From a virus: a stretch of DNA of 64,000 nt. Numbering within the stretch: position 1 is the first letter of the stretch; each line of letters starts with the position of its first letter. The notes beneath the pieces are model-generated. The model was not told the DNA's origin. It ran no database searches and saw only the letters and a list, made by a program, of their open reading frames with translations. The stretch covers positions 64,020 to 128,019 of IMG/VR virus record IMGVR_UViG_3300042197_000820. One strand, 5' to 3'. Shown here piece after piece: positions 57,822-64,000 of this stretch. Made by a program: the position numbers and the translations under genes.

Positions 57822-59876
57822 TTATTTCTTTTTTGGTAGTGATTTTTTAGGTTTTGATTTAGTAGTGGTTAATGGTTCTGAAAAACCACCAACTGATCCA
57901 ACCATAGCTGACATTTCATCTAGTATTTCTATATCTTCTTCGACCTCTTTAGATTCTCTAGATACTTCAGCCAGAATGTCTTCGAACATTTGGTTCATAA
58001 CTTCAGCTATTTCACTTGGCATCATTATGTTATAAACCATTCTTCTGTCATCTTCTTCTAAGAAATCAGGTAAGTAAGCAACTAGTTGTTCTTCCTTATC
58101 TTCTCTACTCAGATTTGTATCTGCTATTATAGCTCTCAGTTGTTTAGCTGAGATCTCGCCTTGTGGACCAGTGATAGCAGGAATAACGACAGCCTCTAGT
58201 GATTCTAGAGTTGGATTCTTTTCCAAGAAAGGAGCAGCATTCAACTTAGCAAATCTATCAGCATCCTTTGAAGATACTGCAAAATACAGTTTTGCTCTTG
58301 GACTAAACTGTTCTTTTTCAGCATAAGTAAACGCCGCTGTTAAAGGACTTGGAAGCTCAGATCCAATCGCCATTGCTCTATCAGCTAGACCAGCGGCAGC
58401 AATGTAAATATTGAATATCTCAGCAGCTTTCGCAGCATTCAGGTTCATTCTGACAGAAGCTGCGCTCTTCGGATCCGAAACAAATACAAGTACTTTATCA
58501 AACTTCTTTGCTAGATATTCTACAACTGCCATGTGACCTTTATGTGGTGGTTTGAAAGATCCAGCGAATACACCAACAGTTTGAGTTGAACCATCGGTCT
58601 CTGGTATTATTTCGATTGATTCGTTCTCATCTAGTTTTTGTAGTGGTGGTACATTGCCGCGACCATACTTGAATAGACCAAGTAGCTGATTCATGGGGGC
58701 AAAGTTACCAGTGAACTTATAGCTGTGTCCATCATAAGCAAACACGAATCCTTCGGCAGCGGTACTGATATTCTCGACAGACTTTAGTTTCTCCATCTGC
58801 TTCTTAAGGATTTCCATTGCTTCTTCGTTGTCTGATGACTCGATAGCATCTACGGCTTTTGATACTTCACCACGAAGTCTCTCAACTTCCTTCTTGTTAT
58901 CAAGAACGAATGCTGATTCTAGTGTTTTTAGCATTTCTACCGAGAAGTCATGAACAACTTCTTCGATTGGTCTAATCAGGGCTGACATGATGATTGGAGC
59001 TTTCCCAATAAACTCCTTGACTGTTTGCGCTTCTTCTTTGCTAAGCCCATCAGTCACTTGTTTGATTGACACACCCTTGACATTTAGGATACGCTTGATC
59101 AAAGCAGCTTTTTTATCTTCTGGCAAAGCTGGCAATCTCTTATCGATTGTCAGACCAAGACGAACCACGATATAATCACCTATAGTCTCATTGTCAGAAA
59201 CGCCGTATTCGTTCATAACAGCCTCTAGGCGGTCGATAGCTGATTGGAGAACAGTCTTATCATCCAGAGCCTTTAGACGCCTTATAGCATCAAATGCGAC
59301 TCCGTACTCTGACTTCTTTTCGTCTTGCACACGTTCCAAAGCTTTCTCTAGTTTGACAGCATTGTCGGTAACATCACGATCTGTTTTGTTTCCGGTTTCT
59401 CGGTCGAACTCTGCACCACCAAGGCGGTGGATTGACAAAGTTTTGATATCATAGTTGATAACATTTGCAGTACGAGGATCTTGGATTTCACAGTTATAAT
59501 AGATGTTAGTGTCTGGACCAAAGATCTCGATTTGTTCTTCTTCTGAAAACATACTAACTGCTTCTTCGAAAGCAGATAGAGCTTCAGAGAATGTAAACTC
59601 CAAAGCTCCACGACCACCAAACTTCTGAGCTAGTTGAGAGGCATCAAGACCACCATCTTTGACATTTCCTTTGTTACGCGCACCTTTGGCTTTGCCGGTT
59701 TTTACGTCATAAGAAATAAATAAGTTTTGACCATCAGTTTTCTCGGTTCCTTCCAACTCGCCATTTGCGGCCTTGGTAAAGACATCTTTGATTTGAGAAA
59801 ATGATAAGCCATAGTTATCATAAAGGTGGCTCATGTGTCCAGCGACACCGCCTTCTAATAAAAGCTCAGAAGTCAT
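57822..59876 (-). CDS. Fusion of an ATP-dependent ligase-superfamily (RNA-ligase-like) domain and an HxGH nucleotidyltransferase domain
   Basis: Likely start is ATG 59876 after GAGGA. GHMSH; TEKTDGQN (motif I KxDG), AEGFVF (motif IV), YKFTG (motif V); second domain FAGSFKPPHKGH...ISAKQLR. Confidence 0.7.
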   Translation of the reverse strand: MTSELLLEGGVAGHMSHLYDNYGLSFSQIKDVFTKAANGELEGTEKTDGQNLFISYDVKTGKAKGARNKGNVKDGGLDASQLAQKFGGRGALEFTFSEALSAFEEAVSMFSEEEQIEIFGPDTNIYYNCEIQDPRTANVINYDIKTLSIHRLGGAEFDRETGNKTDRDVTDNAVKLEKALERVQDEKKSEYGVAFDAIRRLKALDDKTVLQSAIDRLEAVMNEYGVSDNETIGDYIVVRLGLTIDKRLPALPEDKKAALIKRILNVKGVSIKQVTDGLSKEEAQTVKEFIGKAPIIMSALIRPIEEVVHDFSVEMLKTLESAFVLDNKKEVERLRGEVSKAVDAIESSDNEEAMEILKKQMEKLKSVENISTAAEGFVFAYDGHSYKFTGNFAPMNQLLGLFKYGRGNVPPLQKLDENESIEIIPETDGSTQTVGVFAGSFKPPHKGHMAVVEYLAKKFDKVLVFVSDPKSAASVRMNLNAAKAAEIFNIYIAAAGLADRAMAIGSELPSPLTAAFTYAEKEQFSPRAKLYFAVSSKDADRFAKLNAAPFLEKNPTLESLEAVVIPAITGPQGEISAKQLRAIIADTNLSREDKEEQLVAYLPDFLEEDDRRMVYNIMMPSEIAEVMNQMFEDILAEVSRESKEVEEDIEILDEMSAMVGSVGGFSEPLTTTKSKPKKSLPKKK

Positions 59877-59884
59877 GTGAATCC

Positions 59885-60088
59885 TCACTTAGCTTTGACA
59901 GCTTTGGTTACTTTAGCTACTGGTTTAGCAGCAACTGGTTCTTCTACTTCGACAACAGGAACTGGTTCTTCTGCTACAACTGGTTGTTCTACAACAACTT
60001 CTGGAGCAGGAGCAGCAACTGGTGCTACCACTTCTTCGCTTCTGGCGGCTAATCCGGCCAAAAACATCCTTCTTTTCTTTCGTCCCAT
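59885..60088 (-). CDS. Small Ala/Val/Pro/Glu-rich protein with a basic N-terminus
   Basis: AAGGAG RBS and promoter motif upstream; MGRKKRR start. Confidence 0.65.
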   Translation of the reverse strand: MGRKKRRMFLAGLAARSEEVVAPVAAPAPEVVVEQPVVAEEPVPVVEVEEPVAAKPVAKVTKAVKAK

Positions 60089-60103
60089 AATAAACTCCTT
60101 TAG

Positions 60104-60111
60104 ATAAATAG
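60104..60111 (-). promoter_or_regulatory. Putative phage promoter motif CTATTTAT
   Basis: Intergenic, 16 nt upstream of ATG 60088. Confidence 0.6.
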
Positions 60112-60114
60112 TGG

Positions 60115-61716
60115 TCAGCCGGTCGAGGTTACCGAACCTGTTGTTGACCTTCCTCTCAAACTTAGAACACCGGGAGTTCCCAAGAAGAAAGGTACCTGCT
60201 CAGCGTTTCTGTCGTATTGGTTAGATTTTGAGTATGTATTAATATTGTAGTTAGCACTATAAGACACACTACCTAAACTCTGTGTGTAAGCATAAGCACC
60301 CGTTGGAATAGGGTCTGGTACATAGGAATCAATCCTATACATATAAAACTTACTAGGAATATCAATGTAAACTTTATTTCCACTACCTGTTACATAATCC
60401 CTAGCGCAGATTGTTAAAGTATCGTTGTCCGAAGCACTAACAATAGTGTTCAAAGTATAGTTAATCGGATCAGTGACAGCACCAACACCTGTCCTTCCTT
60501 GGTAAACTACCGTTCCATCAGTACAGTTGGTACATCCTCTTCTAATCTGGAACTGTACACCCGCATCAGAAGAAACGTTGGAGTTATATACTTTAATATC
60601 ATAAGATAAATGGTACAGACCTCCACTTGGGATAGTAATCAAACCAGAACCCGAGTTAAATGTTAGTTCTACGACGGAATCAGGTTCATCAGTTCCATCC
60701 ATGAAAGAATATGCTAGAAGATTTGAACTTGCAGTCGTTGAAATAAAACTTGAAGTAGAAGCATTAAAAGAAATAGCCATCATGGCATTTCTAGGGACTT
60801 TGACAATACTGAAAGTCGTTCCCTGCTTTGCAGTAAATCCTGTTGCACCATTGGTATCAGTCGTTAGTTGTATACCAATGGGTGCTGGTACCATAACTCC
60901 ATCAACAGTAGAAAGATTGACGAATGTTCTTTGATCAACGGCAGTTGCAGTATCTAGATATAGAGTTCTTTCCGCAATAGAAAAGCCACCACCGGGAAAT
61001 GAACCAACATTAATGCTCTCAGTCATCCAGTTGTCGCCAGATGTTGCATCATCGATTATATTGGTGTGCAACATGTAATAGGAACCAGTATTCTGGAGTG
61101 TGAAGGTTCCGTTTACTAGATTCGGTTCAATAGTTATCGTGGAAGAACCAGTGATGTAATCAGTACCGCTGGAGCCTGAAAAATACGATACTACTGCTCC
61201 GGTCAAAGCTGTAGTAGTAGTTTGTCTAGTACTATAGGCATAATCAGATTCTATCTTTCTTATAATAAGATTAGAGCCGCTAAGAAAAGAGTTAGTACCA
61301 GCAGTAGTAGTGGATGTTATTTTTATTCCATCATTAGCAGACATACTGACTAATGTATGGAAAGTCCTTTCAGCGCCAAAAGCATAATCACCGTAATCGT
61401 ATCTAGCAGCACCGGTATAAAATACTATATTATTCTTGTATATTTTAATAGTTCTGGTATAGTCTGTGGTTCCCGGTGTAACTAGAGATTCACCACGACC
61501 CCAAATAGAGTTGAGAATAATCTGATAAATACCGCCTTGGGAAGCTGTAAAAGTACCACCACTAGTATCATAAGTTATCGAAGAACTTAAAACATTATAT
61601 CCAAATCCATTTGTACTATAAGAGGAAGAAGCAAAAATATTTGTTTCCGAAGCTCCAAAGTTATTAGACTCAGACAGTGAGGTTATGCTTATGAATGGTG
61701 GTATAGAAATAGCCAT
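60115..61716 (-). CDS. Virion surface protein with three tandem C1q/BclA-CTD-like domains
   Basis: Repeats GTFTASQGGIYQI / GTFTLQNTGSYYM / GLITIPSGGLYHL at about 150-aa spacing; Ser/Thr/Gly-rich. Confidence 0.65.
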   Translation of the reverse strand: MAISIPPFISITSLSESNNFGASETNIFASSSYSTNGFGYNVLSSSITYDTSGGTFTASQGGIYQIILNSIWGRGESLVTPGTTDYTRTIKIYKNNIVFYTGAARYDYGDYAFGAERTFHTLVSMSANDGIKITSTTTAGTNSFLSGSNLIIRKIESDYAYSTRQTTTTALTGAVVSYFSGSSGTDYITGSSTITIEPNLVNGTFTLQNTGSYYMLHTNIIDDATSGDNWMTESINVGSFPGGGFSIAERTLYLDTATAVDQRTFVNLSTVDGVMVPAPIGIQLTTDTNGATGFTAKQGTTFSIVKVPRNAMMAISFNASTSSFISTTASSNLLAYSFMDGTDEPDSVVELTFNSGSGLITIPSGGLYHLSYDIKVYNSNVSSDAGVQFQIRRGCTNCTDGTVVYQGRTGVGAVTDPINYTLNTIVSASDNDTLTICARDYVTGSGNKVYIDIPSKFYMYRIDSYVPDPIPTGAYAYTQSLGSVSYSANYNINTYSKSNQYDRNAEQVPFFLGTPGVLSLRGRSTTGSVTSTG

Positions 61717-61719
61717 TAT

Positions 61720-62616
61720 TTAAATGTGATCCTTGGAATCGTGTATTGTTTTTTTAAACAATTTTAAATACCTTTTCATTAGTACTATAAAATCGTCGCC
61801 AGCTTCCTTCATCATCTTTATGTACTTTTCTTTCTCTGGTAAATTATTTCTAGATGCAATAGCTTCTGGTTCACTAGCAAAATTTAAGTAATTTAATATT
61901 TTTTTATAAGATCGATTAGAAGGTATCTTTGATAAAAAATCTGTTTTAAGTTTATTCATATCTATCTCCATATCTTGTGGATAGATTTTGTGATAAAGAT
62001 ATGCATATTGTTTAGCGTGAGCAGATACTTCTCCACTTTTAGTAAGATATAATATTATATCTATTATTGTATTGTCTTCTAATTTCCCTCCAAAATCTAC
62101 TATGTGTTGTAATTCATGTTGTATAGTTGATAGTAATGGAATTATATGTTCGCTACCATCTCTAATCAGATCCCACCCTATTTCCAATGAAATAATCTTT
62201 TTTTGTTGTTCTCCCGGCCATTGCATTGTTTCTAAACCTGCCTCATCTCGTTGCCCATTAAATTTCAATTCAAACGTATTATCTAAATTTGGTAAAAGTT
62301 TTTTAATTTCTTCTGGTACTGGAAGTGTTATGGCATAACCTTTTAGAATTGCATCATGAGGAAAAGAAATGGAATTATTTTTTTGAAATTTTAAAAGCTC
62401 TGATTTATCCATATCTTTATGAATTTTTAAAGACTCAATAAGTTGAGTTATAATACTTTTTATAATTAAATATAATTTTTTAATACCCATATTTTGTTCT
62501 GGGGTTAATTCGCTCACAACCTCTTTTAACTTCCTTTTAGATGTTGGAACGAACTTCTCCATAAGCATATTGTATACTTGTTCTCCCCGCCAGTTCTGGT
62601 AGTCTAGCTTAGGCAT
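61720..62616 (-). CDS. HExxH zinc-metalloprotein-like cargo behind a 32-aa leader
   Basis: TIQHELQH...YLTKSGEVSAH; AT-rich body. Confidence 0.6.
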   Translation of the reverse strand: MPKLDYQNWRGEQVYNMLMEKFVPTSKRKLKEVVSELTPEQNMGIKKLYLIIKSIITQLIESLKIHKDMDKSELLKFQKNNSISFPHDAILKGYAITLPVPEEIKKLLPNLDNTFELKFNGQRDEAGLETMQWPGEQQKKIISLEIGWDLIRDGSEHIIPLLSTIQHELQHIVDFGGKLEDNTIIDIILYLTKSGEVSAHAKQYAYLYHKIYPQDMEIDMNKLKTDFLSKIPSNRSYKKILNYLNFASEPEAIASRNNLPEKEKYIKMMKEAGDDFIVLMKRYLKLFKKTIHDSKDHI

Positions 62617-62622
62617 TTTAGT

Positions 62623-63342
62623 TTATTTCTTACCTTTTTTAGAAGCATTATGTTTGGCTTGTGCAATCACATCGCGTCTGGTAACATCATTTAACGGTGG
62701 GGTATTATTTGCAAGATCTTTATCATCAAGATTCTCTTCTTCGGTTTTTTCGTCTTCTTCTGATTCTTCGACTTCCTCGACAAGTCTTTTCTTGCTAGCT
62801 GAAACAAAACGCTCCATAAGCATTCCGAAGATTTCTTCGTTTTTCCATTCATTTAATGATTTCATTGGATTCTCCTGTAATGTTTGAGGTTCTACACTTG
62901 ATTGCAAGTACTTTTTCATGCTATCGGGGTCTTCTTTGTAAAGATCTTCCCATTTTCTGAAGCACATGTTGCCTTTTTCGTAAGCTTCACGTTCCATTTC
63001 GTTCATGTGAGCGTCTTTCTGGGCGTATCCTTCTTCGGTTGACTCAAAGCCGGTCAAATCACCACGACAAGCTTGCAAATGATGCACAAGTTCATGCGAA
63101 ATCGATCTCATAATGTCTTTTGGGTGTCTTCCGTATGTAAAAACGGAAACAATCATCTTTTCTGGGTCGTAAAAAGCTGTTTTTCCGAGGATTTCTGCCT
63201 TGTCTAGCTCACGATCAAGCAGTTTTATGACAGGATCCTTATCGAATCCAAGTTCTTCCTTTGCAAAAGGCAAAAACATTCTCAAAAGCTTGATCATGCC
63301 TCTGAACTTGTTCGGAGAATAGTTGTAAATCTTAAAACCCAT
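62623..63342 (-). CDS. HExxH zinc-metallopeptidase-like protein with a probable in-frame internal start at 62865
   Basis: Likely start is ATG 63342 after GGAG. DIMRSISHELVHHLQ...MEREAY. Internal AGGAG lies just upstream of ATG 62865. Confidence 0.7.
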   Translation of the reverse strand: MGFKIYNYSPNKFRGMIKLLRMFLPFAKEELGFDKDPVIKLLDRELDKAEILGKTAFYDPEKMIVSVFTYGRHPKDIMRSISHELVHHLQACRGDLTGFESTEEGYAQKDAHMNEMEREAYEKGNMCFRKWEDLYKEDPDSMKKYLQSSVEPQTLQENPMKSLNEWKNEEIFGMLMERFVSASKKRLVEEVEESEEDEKTEEENLDDKDLANNTPPLNDVTRRDVIAQAKHNASKKGKK

Positions 63343-63366
63343 TCGAAAAATCTCCAAAATACCTGT

Positions 63367-63374
63367 ATAACTAG
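63367..63374 (-). promoter_or_regulatory. Putative phage promoter motif CTAGTTAT
   Basis: 25 nt upstream of ATG 63342; overlaps the upstream TAG stop. Confidence 0.5.
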
Positions 63375-63574
63375 TTTTCGTCTTCTACTTTATGTAGTAT
63401 TGCGAGAAGAATCTGCTTGTATTCTTGAGTTTCGACGCAATAGACCTTAGCGATCAAGACTTCTCGACCGCCTTTTAGCTCTTTTTTGATTTCGTGGATG
63501 ATTCCAACCGTTCTTTTCTTTATTTTCTTGAGATCAGTCCACCACACTAGATCTCCGATCTGGAAATCCTTCAT
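63371..63574 (-). CDS. Small SH3/KOW-like beta-barrel protein
   Basis: MKDFQIGDLVWW...VGIIHEI; the start is uncertain (63574 or 63604). Confidence 0.5.
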   Translation of the reverse strand: MKDFQIGDLVWWTDLKKIKKRTVGIIHEIKKELKGGREVLIAKVYCVETQEYKQILLAILHKVEDEN

Positions 63575-63587
63575 TTTTCCGAATGTT

Positions 63588-63950
63588 TTATGGAGTGCCT
63601 TCATCGGTTTTCTTAGCATGTATGGCCGAAATGGTAGATCTGGCATAATCTACTTGGCTCTGTATCCTTTCTAATACATCAGTAAGTAGAAAGTCAACAT
63701 CTTCTGGAGCTAGATTATTGCTATCCATGTCGGCTCTGACACGTTTTAGAAAGTTATCCACCATATCGTGCATAGCTGTGACTAGAGCTTCATAGGGTTG
63801 GTGTTTATAAGAAGTAGATGAGTAGGCTGCTGGAACTTCCCCAGACTTATAAACGTTTTCTTTTAGCTTTTCGGTACTCTCTGCGATTCTCTGTTGTCCT
63901 TCACCGGGGAAAGATAACAAGATTTCTTTATAGTTCTTAGCGTTTATCAT
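63588..63950 (-). CDS. Hypothetical protein
   Basis: 120 aa; ATGA overlap with the upstream ORF; contains IAE and LKE sites. Confidence 0.65.
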   Translation of the reverse strand: MINAKNYKEILLSFPGEGQQRIAESTEKLKENVYKSGEVPAAYSSTSYKHQPYEALVTAMHDMVDNFLKRVRADMDSNNLAPEDVDFLLTDVLERIQSQVDYARSTISAIHAKKTDEGTP

Positions 63951-64000
63951 CGTAAATCCCCAGCGTTAGGAGTCAATGGTACTTCACCATTGTTTTGATC
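63947..64000 (-). CDS. C-terminal end of a CDS running in from the right edge
   Basis: Open frame DQNNGEVPLTPNAGDLR* whose TGA overlaps the ATG at 63950. Confidence 0.45.
   Translation of the reverse strand, partial: DQNNGEVPLTPNAGDLR

Noticed and set aside
13570-59620. Alternative-frame minus-strand ORFs (13570, 41532, 46610, 52348, 59348)
   Set aside because: They are short, nested within well-supported genes, and show no motifs or clear RBS.
59877-60107. Plus-strand Thr/Gly/Ser/Ala-rich ORF that looks like a secreted repeat protein
   Set aside because: It is the antisense reading of the low-complexity 67-aa minus-strand gene, which has the RBS and the promoter motif.
737-63674. The many plus-strand ORFs of 60-160 aa in the ORF track
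   Set aside because: All are antisense shadows of long minus-strand genes, with no recognisable motifs; the minus strand already tiles the window.
1-64000. tRNA, rRNA, introns, inteins, integrase or IS elements
   Set aside because: None recognised; intergenic gaps are all 60 nt or less, and the conserved enzymes show no large insertions.

Overview
This 64-kb window is a gene-dense fragment of a large, T4-distant contractile-tailed (jumbo-type) bacteriophage genome. All credible genes lie on the minus strand and use the standard code, many with Shine-Dalgarno sites. In transcription order (right to left) it contains four blocks. (1) About 56.6-64 kb: probable head-associated or internal proteins rich in L/I-x-E sites, including two HExxH proteins, a triple-C1q-like protein and a ligase-like + HxGH nucleotidyltransferase fusion. 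(2) About 52.7-56.6 kb: hsp20, a cytidylyltransferase, PIN-PhoH and a Cas4-like nuclease. (3) About 36.8-52.7 kb: a 16-gene glycan cluster with Gmd/Fcl, GT11-, GT29-, GT47-, GT2- and GT4-like transferases, a CMP-sugar synthetase-cupin fusion, SIS, HAD, an aminotransferase and methyltransferases. (4) About 1-36 kb: a gp55-like sigma factor followed by a baseplate module, namely a split gp5-like spike, gp25, gp6, a DNRLRE protein, a 2999-aa gp7-like LamG protein and several large unknown proteins. The most notable observations are: a spike split into two paralogous OB-fold carriers with different enzymes (g-type lysozyme vs SGNH esterase); a shared leader peptide fused to compositionally foreign cargo; a recurring CTAnTTA promoter-like motif; an RBS-sequestering hairpin at hsp20; and strong AATT and CCWGG avoidance. 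All family calls come from motif recognition by eye; no database searches were run.
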